The position numbers and the translations under genes were made by a program. DNA of 63,715 nt, counting the filler, from Choristocarpus tenellus KU-1152 (Eukaryota; Protista; Phaeophyceae), in the NCBI GenBank assembly GCA_964200185.2. It is 9 parts of 9 records of this genome, joined end to end, with 100 filler letters (N's around TTAATTAATTAA, not from the genome) between each part and the next. Parts side by side here need not be neighbours in the genome. Positions count along the whole stretch, not along the records: positions 50,601 to 54,390 come from CAXNAD020017905.1; positions 54,491 to 60,295 come from CAXNAD020009713.1; positions 60,396 to 63,715 come from CAXNAD020020826.1; 6 more parts are not named here. The stretch is one strand, 5' to 3'. Under the pieces are notes generated by a model. That model made no database searches and was not told the DNA's origin. It saw only the letters and a list, made by a program, of their open reading frames with translations. Shown piece after piece: positions 51,788-63,715 of this stretch (position 1 is the first letter of the stretch; each line of letters starts with the position of its first letter).

Positions 51788-54390
51788 GCTTCCCTAAGTC
51801 CTTCTACTAAACCAGTGCGAAGTCACCAAAGTGCTGTCTTGTTCAACTGTTGGTATGAGATTATCCATACAGCACTAGCCACATTAGGCAGGTGTGATGA
51901 TCCAGTGCACCATGTAATGCTTTGGGATATTAAATGTGTGAAGGATGAGGACATTTTTGCTAGACTTAAAGCTACATTGATCGATGATGGTGTGCCTTCA
52001 CTAACCAGACGAATCCCATACCATAATTTGCCCCAAGTCAAGAACGTCACTGAAGCTCTGTATCAAAAGGCACAGACAATGCCTGATCCATTGGGAGTGC
52101 AGGACAAAACAGCCAGTGCTAGAAAAACAATAGACATACGGAATTTTATGTGTAGGCGGCATATTTTACATATAATTTCAAACCGAGTTCCTGCCACAGC
52201 TTTTCATTTCAAACTATAACGTGGGACCCACAGGATGTGCCTATGAATAGATGCTAATGTTGCTAGAATGAGATTATCAAGGCATCGCTGCAAGAAGTAT
52301 TCCAATGGATTGCCACTCATCTCTACCAATCAGAACTGCTTGTTGACGAGGAAGATGAGCACGAAAGTACTTCACTGTTCAGGTGGTCTGTGGATTGATA
52401 CAGGGGGGGAAAGGGGGGGGGTCTGTGACTGACAGTTCCACGACTCACTCTGCCTCTCTTAGCGCTCTCTTGCATGCTTCCGGCCTTGTGCTTAGCCTCC
52501 ACTTTTCGTTGTCCCAGTCACCTTTGTCCCCTCTGTTGAAGACATAATAACACCAGGAGATATATTGGAAGCTCATTGCCAAGGACAGGGCTATTAACTA
52601 CGTATTGATGTGTCATCTTTGAGATCGCAATCGGAAGTTGAGGTGACACCAAGATCTGCCCTTGAAACTAAACATGATATGCACTATCACAATTCTGCAA
52701 CACTTTTGAGACGTCAGAAGTCAAGAGGCTGTCTTGCGCCCACAAAACCTTTTGACTTTTTCTTGGAGTGGGACAATCCTGTGGTGTCTCCACCACCCAA
52801 CACACGATTTTCTGACTCTGCTTTAGCAACTATACTCCCCATCTCCAACTTGCATGTCTTTTTTAAACCCACTGCCACAGAGGCCATGCCTTAACGAAAC
52901 TCCTTTTCGTCCGCTGTCAGTCAAGCCCACAGGGCGCTCTCTACCCCCATCTTCCCTCCTTGAGTGCAGATCAAGATATTTGCTTTCTCCTGCTGATCTG
53001 TTGCCTCCCCGATTTATGTGTGCAGATGACGGGCGTCTCAAGACTCTGCCCTGGCGGTGGTTGTCAAGGGGATATATCTTCCCCATGAATTCACCTTCAG
53101 TGTAAACTTTAATGTTGTGGCAGCCCTTGTCTCTTCCCTGAGGAACAAGAGGGAAATAGTCCTTGACATCTGTCACACTAGCGTAGCTTGGCAATGACTC
53201 GCTCTTAGTCCATATTTCAGTTGGCATAGTCGGTGCAGCTCTTTCATTTGCAAGGCTAGCACGCAAATTTGTACCACTCACCACTCCCACAGCATTCGCC
53301 ACTCCACCACCAGTGCTACCACTATCGCACATGATTTCATCGTATGTTGGGGGTGGAATGCTTTCGTCCTCATCTTCCTTTGCATTGCCTTGCTCCTTTT
53401 TTGTGTGTTCAAGGATGTTCTCCTTGTTCTCGGTGGCAACCACAACTTTGCGGTATAGTGAATAAGGATCACCACCCTCATGCTCCCTTTGGGTACCCTG
53501 CTCCTCTTCACTGTAAAGGGGAACACCGCCTTGATCACACTGCACACCTGCTCTTTTGTTTATTCCTACTGGTTCCAATTCTGCTGAGACTGGTTCTTCC
53601 TCTTCCTCCTGTGCTAGCCTCAAGCTGCAACTAGGACTGGGTTGGTAGCTGTCACTGGCATTCAAGGTAGGTTTTGCACCTCCATCGGCCCCCCCATCGC
53701 CTTCACTACAAGCAATGTTCTGGTCAACCCCAAGGGCTATTTCATCCCCAACATTGCAATCAATTGAAGAATTGAGAACCCCACGCACAATCAGTTTCCA
53801 CATCCCTTGAGCATTCTTCTTGGTCAACAACTCTGTCTTGCCCGATACAATTTCTCCCTCCACATTCGCCATCAACCCTGTAGCTGCTACAGGCTTCACG
53901 CTCACCAACTCCAGCCTCCACAGAAGCCATCGTACCAATTTTGCTTGTGCTGGTACACGTCCTTCTGATATCCATTTTCTTAGCCCAGCATCTGCCACAG
54001 CACCTCCAGGGCCTTGGGTGCTATCTGTGCCATTTCTTTGCCCTTTGAGATTGCCTTGGGTATCCCTTTCTATCCAGCTGTGGGGCAGGATTGTTCGTGA
54101 TGGAAGGTGATATTTGAAAGGGATTGGCTTTGAACTTGGAGTGAGGATGGGCTAATCGTAGTGGGATAGTGCTGAGGTGAGGTCAGACTGCATCTTAGAC
54201 CAGCATCAACCATGAAAACAGGCATATGGGGTTTGTGAGGTTTTTATGGGAGGGATAATCGACCATACGGCCATATATATTGCTTGCCCATGTAGATAGG
54301 ACAACCTATTTGTTTGCAATTGCGGGAGGTTTTATCTTGATAGATTTCCTCCAGGTTTACCTCAACAGAGCGTCTTTGAGCTTCCTCCGA
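51010..54390 (-). CDS. Multi-exon unknown protein, internal fragment with a ~1.2-kb disordered exon and coiled-coil-like small exons
   Basis: 391-aa ORF extended to a cAG acceptor at ~54078. Upstream exon RRKLKDALL|; downstream exons such as GDWDNEKWR..ALREA and EQRRKAAAIAKAQERL. Confidence 0.6.
51748..51785. repeat. (GA)n microsatellite
   Basis: Seen directly. Confidence 0.95.
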
Positions 54391-54490
54391 NNNNNNNNNN
54401 NNNNNNNNNNNNNNNNNNNNNNNNNNNNNNNNNNTTAATTAATTAANNNNNNNNNNNNNNNNNNNNNNNNNNNNNNNNNNNNNNNNNNNN

Positions 54491-56162
54491 GTGATTTTCC
54501 CCCCCTACTACTGCTAGGTCCCCCACCCTTGCATCAATCTCACCTTGTTCGTTACGTGCATATAATTGTCCCAATACTCCTTTGTGTACATTGGCCTTTG
54601 TCATGTTTGCATTCTTCCCACTTGTTCTGTTTTTATCTATGCCATTAGCACTGCCACAGGTGGACATCCCAGCCCTTAATCGCTCTCCCCCACTCTCATG
54701 AAATGCAGGAGAGCGAGGTAAACTATCACCCCTTCCTTCCTCCTCAACATCCCTCTCATTTCCATTCCCATGGAGTCTACCAATATAGGAATGGAGAGGG
54801 GTTATTTTTTGTATGGGGCACACAGAGAGCAATCCACGATCTTGCTCCCAATCTCATCGGCAGGGTGCGAATATGGCCTGAAAGCGTATGGGAAATAAGG
54901 GAGATATTCCTAGATGATACACAAGACAGGTACCTAAGAGTTCAGAAGTGTCAAGTCAACAGGAGGGCAAACAGTGCTTGCCACCCAATATATTCCATGT
55001 CACTTGGGGCCCACTAAGACACAAACTACACACCTTGTGTTCAAAGATGTCACCAAAGTATCTGTGGCCATGTTTTTTTTTTGGATGCATGTTCCTTCTT
55101 TCTTGTTAGATGCCGCAATCAATGGTGATCCTTTCACATCTCTCAGGTGTGATGATGCCTTCCCAATGTGAGACCAGCTCGAACGGGTCTGCTTTAAGAT
55201 GTACACTTTGCAGAGTTAGCCATACTTGGCTCATTCAGAGTGGATGGAGGAAGGGCAGGTCTCACATCATTCCTACGTTCTAGGTACATGAGAGATGGGA
55301 TGTGCTGGAGCAACTCCAAATGTTTTAAAATTGTGCTAAGGAGAGAAGCAAAGGTGGTCCGCTCAAATACGGTGAGGATCTGTCCCCCGTGATGAAAAGG
55401 GTAGAACTTCTCCCGAAAGTATGCAAGGAGTGCCAATTAGAGCGTATTTACATAAATATCATCACGATGACGCAACGTGCGGAAGGTTCTTTCAAGAAGG
55501 TTTCTAAAGCTGGTAGCAGTTGCTTTGAAGTAACTTTTCTGGCAAACAAATGTAGTGGTTCTCACGAGAAAAGGGCGAACTTCAGCAACCATGGCATCCA
55601 AATTGAGAATTTTCATAACCAAGAAGGAATGATAACAATTTTTTCTAGCCTATTTGTGGGAGTATTTTCCCTTACTACATTCAGATTTAGTGGAGTATTG
55701 CTACATGCTCGTCAATGAGGCAGGTTCATCAATACGGGTACACGTGCACTGACCACACTTGCAATGCCTAAACATGCCCGCAAACTCGAATTAACTATCA
55801 CCAACATAATATTTATTCAGAAGGGGAGGTGATCGTAGTGTGACAAGCTATGTATAAGGTCGTATTTTGATTTAGATAGTAGCTACCTCTCTTGGATATC
55901 TTGATATTGGTGGGCGGACCTATCATACCTTGTGAATGCTCGTCAGGCAATCTTCGAGAAGGAAAAGTGTCGCTTCACTGTTACCGTTCCTTGCCTTGTA
56001 GTTCTTCTTTGTTGAAACTCTCTCCATCTCGAGCGTTTCCTTGCCTGAAAGTGCTGCAGGTCGACCCACAGCTTGTTTAGCTCGGCCATCTTTTTGTGCT
56101 CTCTCCATCTCAACGAGCATGCCATCGGCAAGGCTGTACAAGGATGTCTCAGTGGCTTCCAT
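54491..56162 (-). CDS. Unknown multi-exon protein, 3'-partial, divergent from the LRRC9-like gene
   Basis: MEATETSLYSLADGML...LEDCLTSIHK | ARKNCYHSF...RHRDDIY | ILTVFERTTF... exons with GT-AG boundaries. Confidence 0.55.
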
Positions 56163-56441
56163 CTCATGTTCCCTTTATACTCACCCCCTATCCTTGGAGC
56201 ACTTTGCGCATAACAGGTATCGTTCGGTTTGCGAGCCAATGCTCATAGGCCTTTGCATTCATCCTGCGCTGTATCCAACATGTTACCTAAAGTTGTTGCT
56301 ACAATACCCCGAAACCGTCAAGAGGAGGCGTTTGCTCTTTGGTTATACTCAAGAACGAAAGTTCTCAACGGTTTGCGTAACCCACTGGTACAGGAACCTG
56401 TCGGTACCCACCATTGGCGCGTGAAGGCATCACTGGTAGGA

Positions 56442-58856
56442 ATGGATCCTTCATCCATGCCTACGGCTGGTCTTGCCCATGATGTTGCTGGCACTATGGA
56501 AGAAAAGAGCCCACTTTCGCCATCCAAGGCTCGGCGTCTATCCCCAGAGATGATTGTGAGCATGGAGACTGCTGTACTCTTGTGTCGACCTTCCTCCTCA
56601 GGATATATAGTTAATCACTTGTATGAGGTGGTGTCGTAATCTATGGGCAATCGACTGTTTCTAGTAGTTGGCGTGGGTGTCCTTGTAGCTTCGATATATA
56701 TATATATATATATATACATACATACATAGGAGCGCAGTAACATTCATGGCGCACAATTTGACAGAAGCCCAGAGCGAGCGCAGCCGGTCCATTAATTTTT
56801 CATCCGTTGGCGTAGTAATTTGCGTGTAGCACCATTCCTAGGCAAAATAATCTTAATTGCTTACACGTACCTCACTATGATCTCGATGCTTGGAGTGTGA
56901 GCGTCATGCACACACACATACACATTCCACCGTCGATACTCTCTTTTGGTCCTTGTTGTCATGTGGGGCAGACCGTGGCCACAGGCGAGGAGAATCTGGA
57001 GACATTGGAGAATTTAGAGATGATATTTGGAGGCGTTTCTGAAATAGGCGGGCTAGAACGCTGTACTAACCTGAAGAGCCTGACATGTGAGTGTGGTGCC
57101 GCCTATATCTCATATTGCACAGAATATTTGGTCGATACATACAGGAAGAAGAATAAACTGGGACTTGGCATAACTATTGCCGGGAAGAGTAATTGCTACT
57201 TGCCCATTTTGGTTGGGTCCCCTCATTTCTCCGATCAAGTACTGAGCACTTACGTGAACAAACTCGTCCAGCATCATTTGGCGAGTGATCGCGTACTCTG
57301 GCGCCCTCACCTCCTCCCCTCTTGAACACACTCCTTCCTCTTGCAACCCTTCTGCTCATGGTTAGTGATCGATTGCGGACTGCGCCGAATATCCAATTTG
57401 GAACCTGTAAGCAACACACTGGTCAAGTTGTGTCTGTGTGACCAGGTAAGCCCATGAACTACACCCTTCTCAGGCAAGTGTGGATAGCGAGGGATGTGGA
57501 TGAACATTCGCTTTCTTTTCACTTTTATGGTGGGTTCGTCACTAAGTTGTCTGGGCAATTGATACATTCTATGTTTTGTGGTACCAATTCCCCAATCTCG
57601 TGAAGGCTGTGAAGCAAGGATATGTGATGATCTTACGTTTCCACACATCATTTCTTTCCCATCTGCTACCTAACCATCGCTTGCGTTTACCCACCCCAAT
57701 CGATCACCAATCGGCTTCATATTATTACTCCTCAGTATCTTCTCACCTGCCCCCACTTTGACCTCTGCTAGGGCCTCAAGAAAATGGAGAATCTGTGCCT
57801 GCCCAGCCTGCGCGAGCTGTACCTCCACCAGAACAGCATTACCAAGATTGAGGGCCTGCAAGGGTGAGTTGCCAAAAGCAATTGCAATTCCTTTGTTCAG
57901 GAGGTGGCTTGTCTTGATTCATTGGTGTAAATCACAAATCAACAAACACCCTGCTCTAGTTGTGAAATGTTGGATCACAGAACAGTGTTGACTATACTGT
58001 TGCTACTGAAATTGTACAAACAACTTTTGATTCCTGCCTCCCTCCCTCCATACCACTACACCCCACCCCACCCCACTTGGCACCTGAACGCTTGTGGAAC
58101 CCTCAGCTGCCCGTCCTTGCAGCGCCTTTGGCTCTTTTCAAACAAGATTTCAGCGATGGAGAACTTGCACTATTGTGGTGCCCTGAAAGAGTTGTGGTTG
58201 CATGACAACAGGGTGAAGCGAGTGGCAGGACTTGACTCTTTAGTGCATCTACAGGTTTGTACTGTTTTTCCTTGAGCCATCGATCGGACACAGTGTGTGA
58301 TAGGCTGATAGGCACTCCTCCTGCAGATACAGTTACATGCCGGAGTATTTTGAAGACTATTTGAAGAGTATTTTGAAGAGTATTTGAAGAGTATTTAAGA
58401 CTATTTGGTGCGACTGTCGTTTAGTAGCGTCAGGGAAGGACGAACTAGCAGAACTCTTTTTGTGAATATTCAGTGAGTATTTCGAAATGTACTTGACAAT
58501 GGGAGAATGCAAATGGGCCAAGGCATATAGGGCTGCAAGAATGTCAAGGTGGGCGATTCCCCGTCGTATGTCTCGTCTGGGAGACACAAGAGGATAGCTT
58601 TTCGGCATCGTGTTCATGCTCTTTCAGCTATTTTCATTCCCGCCTAATTCCTATACACACTCCCTCCCCTTGGGTCCTTCTGGTTACTTAGAATCTGGGG
58701 TTGGCAGGAAATCCTATAATGGAGCTTAAGGATGTGCGGCGGTTGGGGTCTCTGCCGTCGCTGGTTGAGCTTACTCTGGATGATGTGCACTTTGGGACCT
58801 GCCCAGTGGTAGAGGTCACTGGCTACAGGCAGTTCATAATGTGCTTCCTGCGTCAT
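56442..58856 (+). CDS. LRRC9: Leucine-rich-repeat protein, LRRC9-like (SDS22-type LRRs + LRR cap), 3'-partial, 6 exons
   Basis: Exons IGGLERCTNLKSL, LPSLRELYLHQNSITKIEGL, LQRLWLFSNKISAMENL, LKELWLHDNRV and LGLAGNPI..LPSLVELTLDDVHFGTCPV..YRQF splice in phase. Confidence 0.7.
58346..58406. repeat. 12-13-bp tandem repeat (GTATTTTGAAGA)x5
   Basis: Seen directly in an intron. Confidence 0.8.
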
Positions 58857-59696
58857 GTGAGTCCCAAGATATCAGTATCAGTTGCAAAAATACTGATTGG
58901 GCAATAAGTAGCGTTTCTTGTTGGATTTATTTGATGTGCAAGTGGGGAAGTAATTGTTAAAAATGTACAGCTTCTGGTGCTCCAGTGTAGTGCGTTGATA
59001 GTGTTTATAGTGTGTTCTCAATGGTGTATATACATACTTCCTATGGTGTGAATGGTGTTTAACGTGTGTTCTCAATTGGTGTTAATGTTACAAATCGAAT
59101 GGTGGATTGTGCCCGCAGAGTGCAAACATTAAAAAAAAAAGAGTTGGTGTTGTCAATAGTGTATGAAATACTTGCTACTGTAAGAGCACAGAGGCAATGT
59201 TCAATATGTTTCTTATTACAACAGTCAAGAGCTGTGCATCAAGTTATTTCTAATAGTAGATAACATTAGAGAGTGCCCACCCCTACGACACGAGTGCATG
59301 CGTGTGTGAAGGAGTGGGTTGACAGGACAATCGGAAAAGGAATGATTTTTGACTTCGCTGGTGTGGGGCCATGGGCACACATTTATATTTATATTTTTAT
59401 TGGTATTATATATTATATTTATATTTTTATTTATATTGGTATTTCAATGCGTTCGATTGGTACCACTTCTCTCACGTTTGAGTGAAGGAGGTGAAGCTAC
59501 GGTGCCACTGCTTCAAGAGTATATCCCAAAAGTGCCCTAACTGTAACTGTAACTGTAACTGTAAACGTAAAGAAAAAATAATTTGAAGTGAATTGTCTCG
59601 AACTGGAACCCAACCTGTCTGTCCCTCTCCTCGCTACCCCCTTCCTTCACCAGCCGCTTACATCGTGTCTTGTGCTTTGATCACCCTCTATCTTAC

Positions 59697-59720
59697 TTAG
59701 GGTTAGGGTTAGGGTTAGGG
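59697..59720 (+). repeat. Interstitial telomeric repeat (TTAGGG)4
   Basis: Seen directly; not at a contig end. Confidence 0.9.
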
Positions 59721-60395
59721 TGTGTTCGTCCTGATGATGTGCCTGCCATGTTTGTGTTCTTGTCTAAGGTCTGGTCTTTCCACCGCTCCCTGTTCCCTTT
59801 TCATCAGTCGTATTTTCTCTTTTCAGTAGGTAGTATATTCATGGAGTAGTGCAGCATTGAGTGGTGTTTTGTACAAGAGCCCGAAGGCTGTTGTCGCACA
59901 AGAGTGTGGTTTAAGAGTGTGGTTTGCTTTCCATTGACCCTTTGAGCAGTGCCATTTTGTAGGTGTTGATCCACCTGATGTTTGAATGTATATTATTCTT
60001 ATACTGTGCTGCTTGCAATAGTTTTTTTTTTGTCTCTTCCTCTACCCCTTCTTTTGGTTGTTTTTGCTTCTGTTCCGAAGATAATTTTTTTTCTTGTAGG
60101 AAAACAAATATGGAACAGAACATAAAAAAAGAACATTTTTTTTTTCTTTTTTTTCTGCGCTTGAAACCACTTCCAACTGTGTCTTCCTACTGCTCACATA
60201 TTAGAAAAAATTCTGACAGCCCGGTGTCGACAAATTCAACAGTAGAGGTGGTACCAATTTCTGTTAAAAATGGCCAGGCAGAGTAGAGCCCCCCCNNNNN
60301 NNNNNNNNNNNNNNNNNNNNNNNNNNNNNNNNNNNNNNNTTAATTAATTAANNNNNNNNNNNNNNNNNNNNNNNNNNNNNNNNNNNNNNNNNNNN

Positions 60396-60597
60396 GGGGG
60401 GGGGGGGGGGCGTGAAGGTCTAGACCAGAGTGTCCAGGAAAAGTGCACTTTCATTATCCATCCGACGTATGGAACCAAATCACACAAAAATCGTGACATG
60501 GAAAAATTGGCGCCGAATGGACAGCCGCCACCCCCTCAGATACTTTGAGCCAGGGTCAAAAACGGACGCTGGCACCCCCCTCCCAGATACTTTGAAC
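60396..60597. mobile_element. MITE B copy nested in the right end of a MITE A copy
   Basis: B ends CAGATACTTTGAGCC at ~60551; it is followed by AGGGTCAAAAACGGACGC..CCCAGATACTTTGAAC, which resembles the A right end. Confidence 0.7.
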
Positions 60598-60757
60598 GTA
60601 CTTAGACAGGGAAAAACTCTTACTGCACTTCTTCGTTTGGGTTATCTTACTTGCTTGACGGTCCACAACAACTTAGTGCACTTTCTGACCTACCCAATGC
60701 CGCGTTCTATGGTGGACAGTACTAAAATTAGTCTGTTATTCGATTGCTCCTAACCAG

Positions 60758-63103
60758 ACTCTGCTGGACGAGATTGTCCGAAACGAGAAAGCATGGCACA
60801 TGTGGTACAATGAGAAGGAGCCAGAAGATGTTGGTGTGCCACATTTTGAAGGACGCCTGGCCGCTGACCCATCTGTAGGAGCATTCTACAGGCTGATCTT
60901 GGTCAGGTGATGAGCGTTTAGGTGTTAAGGTGATTCATAAGATACAGGAAATTTAGGTAGGAACAAAGTTACTCCCATTCCTTTAATCACAACAAAAAAT
61001 CAAACCAGGGTTCAGGCTAGGGCCGAACTGAATTTCTACATCTACCACTGACTTCGATCATGGTCGGAATTGACTTGTCATTTTATGATATGAGTCTAGG
61101 CCGCATCCAATTTAATGGGAAACAGAAAATATGAGCTACTGCTCAAACTCTCCACACTCACATATGCACAGTTCTTGTCTTCAAAATGTTGCGTTCACCC
61201 TTACTGCTTTTTTGATCATTACTTTAGAGAAAAATTGACACAACACAACACTACCGTCCTCTAACAATTTGTCCTAGATCACTGCGAGAGGATCGCACAT
61301 TGTTGGGCGTGAACAACTTCATACGCACCTCTGAAACCGTGGAGGAGGAGGGTGGTGTGCGCCTGCCTTGCATGGGTCCCCGCTTTGTGGAGCCCCTTAC
61401 AGACACGGTGAGAGGAGCTGCTACCATTAGATCCTGAATATATCTTGTCTTTTGTGTATCTTTTCTTGGTGAAACTGTGGGCTATAATTTTGGCAAAGCA
61501 CATGGTACACCTTCACTTTGATTCCTAAGGCTTGAAACAACAGATTGATCAATAAAGACAGCAAAAACTGCACAAATCGACAGAAGCAGTAACCACAACA
61601 GAAAACTGGTGACTCTACAATAGAATTCGACTGCAGAAATCCAGTGAAAGTTAACCCTGACCAAACCCGTGCTTGCTGGACGGTAGGTTGAGTCTTTGTT
61701 CAATGAGATGGACTTTTCAACCCCAGTTATTTTCCTTCTCAGTGCTGGAGCAGACCCAACAGATGCAGTGGAGGGATTGGCTAGGAAGAAGAGGCACGAA
61801 GTGGCCTGCGTGAGCATGGGAGAAGTGAGTGTAGCCTGATTTTCAAATGTATTATGCTCTATCAGTCTGAAAGTTTGGTTGGCGTACCTAGACAAAATGA
61901 TGACCGAAAAATTGGTGGATCAGGGAAAAGAGGATTCGGAAGGAGCCATGATGCCCTCCACCTTCGAATTGGGAAGTTCATCAAACTGTGGAATGCCAAA
62001 ACCCAAGCTTCAAGTATTGACCCTCCGTAGTACACAAGCACCTCAGGTTTAGCAGCGATCGAAATCGACAGGCTTCTACGATTCCCTCACACTCACCAGG
62101 GTCAAGCAGCTGTGGCTTCTAGAGCTATTTCTGCAGCCATGATAAGTGGAGGGTGGATACTACTCCAGAACTGCCACCTAGGTCTAGAGTACATGGACAC
62201 TATGGAAGATGCACTAACAAAGGTGAAGTGATAATTCCGTGCCTCCATGTGAGAACTAAGATGAACACTGATGCCAGAGGTATCAGTGTTCCAAGGCTGT
62301 CAACATTGCAATAGTGGAATTCCCTCCCTGTGAAGACAACTGCAAGTGAAATGCAAGAACCCTTAGGCGGAATGGACCGTCCACACTTGTGTGCACAAAA
62401 CCAACCCCCATCAACATGTACCACATGCAGTAAGAATACGGTTATGGTCAAACATTTGACAGGAACCCCAGTCGTGTCGCTTACCTCTTGTTGCTTTTTT
62501 TTCTGGTGATCAAAACATGCATGAAGATCGTGGCACTACAATTACCTCTCACTCTCTCGTATGACTTTGTCTGCCAGGACACCATTCTTACACCAATTTT
62601 CTTGACTCCAGACTCCCGGAATGCAAATCCCCTAACTGTGGACGTAGTAGAACATCTATCAGGTGTTCACTAGGCCCCTGCCCGAAGTCTCCAACACCTT
62701 TTACAGAACATATGTATATATATCGAAAACGTATTCAAAATACTGGGTTTATACATGGGGATAAGTCCACTGTCTTCAAGATGATCGCCACATCGCATGT
62801 ATTGCACTGTTCCTAATCTTACTCACTTTTTTACTGTAAACAAGAGGCAGTGTAGAGAGCACGCACCAACCACAAAACAACTACTTATAGGAGCACTCAT
62901 GGTTTGCCATGATTGAAACTTCACTTCCACACTACCTGCAGGCCTGGCCAGCGTGCCATCCCGATTTCCGACTCTTCATCACCAGTGAACCCCACCCCAA
63001 GTTCCCCATCGGGCTGCTCCAAATGAGTACCAAGGTCACAAATGAGCCTCCCAAGGGGCTGCGTGGTGGCCTGCTCAGATCATACACAGTCATTGTTGAT
63101 CAG
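60758..63103 (+). CDS. Axonemal dynein heavy chain (outer-arm gamma/DNAH5-8-like), AAA6-region fragment, 5 exons
   Basis: W..WY...EPE, RLILVRSLREDRT, TPVIFLLSAGADPT, VSMGEGQ, GGWILLQNCHLGL, HPDFRLFITSEPHPKFPIGLLQ and KVTNEPPKGLR; all exons in phase and intact. Confidence 0.93.
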
Positions 63104-63660
63104 GTACTTTATCATGCCTTAGCCGTCCTTCTTGTGCAAAGGACTGAAGTAGTTTAGAGTAGATTTGAAGGTGTAGAACGTTCCATGCATCGCAAAAGGA
63201 TTTTCCATTCCTCTTCTCGCTTATGTGATCATGTGGCAACTCAGAGGTCAATATCAGACCTTATGAGAGTCAAGGTCGCAGTCAGCATGAAGAACGGTCA
63301 TTCAGCCAGTATTGTCCTATTGCTTAGATATTTTCTGAGACTGATACTTGAGGAAAATACTTCAAAATGTTGCCGCTCAAGACACCACTGGTATCTTATC
63401 GATACGAGGCGGGTAATGAACGGACGAAACGGTCAAACAACAGTTTTACAATCCATCTCAGTAATGTATTACTGATGTGAAAAATTCTTCAAAATGTTGC
63501 TAGTCGACTCACATTTAATGTGGTAATCGACTGATACAGATAGTGGGAGGGTGAAACGGTCGAAAGATCTATCCAAGCAATGTGAAACTTATACTTCCGC
63601 AAAATGTTTCAAAACCGTCGCACTGCTCAAGACATCATGGGGCTCTCAAGGACAGGCTCA

Positions 63661-63715
63661 GGCTCAAAGTATCTGGGAGGGGGTGGTGGCTGTCCATTTG
63701 GGGTCAATTTTTTCA
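63661..63715. mobile_element. MITE family B left end
   Basis: TCA|GGCTCAAAGTATCTGGGAGGGGG..GCTGTCCATTTGGGG. Confidence 0.75.

Noticed and set aside
52846-52870. GC-AG intron donor after the long exon
   Set aside because: Phase fits, but alternative GT donors nearby cannot be excluded without transcripts.
15303-63103. Genome-wide UGA=Trp code or selenocysteine
   Set aside because: Conserved Trp is TGG in dynein, OSCA, LRRC9 and elsewhere in DNAAF4; TGA ends genes normally; the aligned residue is Trp, not Cys, and no SECIS was recognised.
56442-63103. Cluster of flagellar genes (LRRC9, dynein, DNAAF4)
   Set aside because: They lie on three separate contigs; co-occurrence is a concatenation artefact.

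Overview
Eukaryotic nuclear DNA, not prokaryotic. It is nine unrelated contigs joined by identical 100-nt N44-TTAATTAATTAA-N44 linkers, so adjacency across linkers means nothing. GT-AG introns, heterokont-type (signal peptide + A|F) plastid targeting, axonemal genes and TTAGGG repeats point to a photosynthetic, flagellated stramenopile, probably a brown alga or close relative (inference). Spliced genes reconstructed by hand: TMEM181-like, plastid TrmB, DNAAF4/DYX1C1, a tiny single-span thylakoid protein, an OSCA/ERD4 (CSC1) channel, LRRC9-like, an axonemal dynein heavy chain fragment and three unknown genes. Intergenic and intronic DNA is full of MITEs sharing a CAAAGTA TIR core, decayed LINE/LTR/Tc1/Harbinger remnants, minisatellites and orphan exons. 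Two observations stand out. (1) At 26924-29618 a spliced gene fuses a C4HC3 (PHD-like) zinc finger and a GRGRGK basic motif to a beta-class N4C/N6A DNA methyltransferase-like fold whose catalytic and SAM-binding motifs are both degenerate. (2) DNAAF4 has a single in-frame TGA exactly at a conserved Trp in an otherwise intact frame. All family assignments come from motif recognition by eye; no searches were run.
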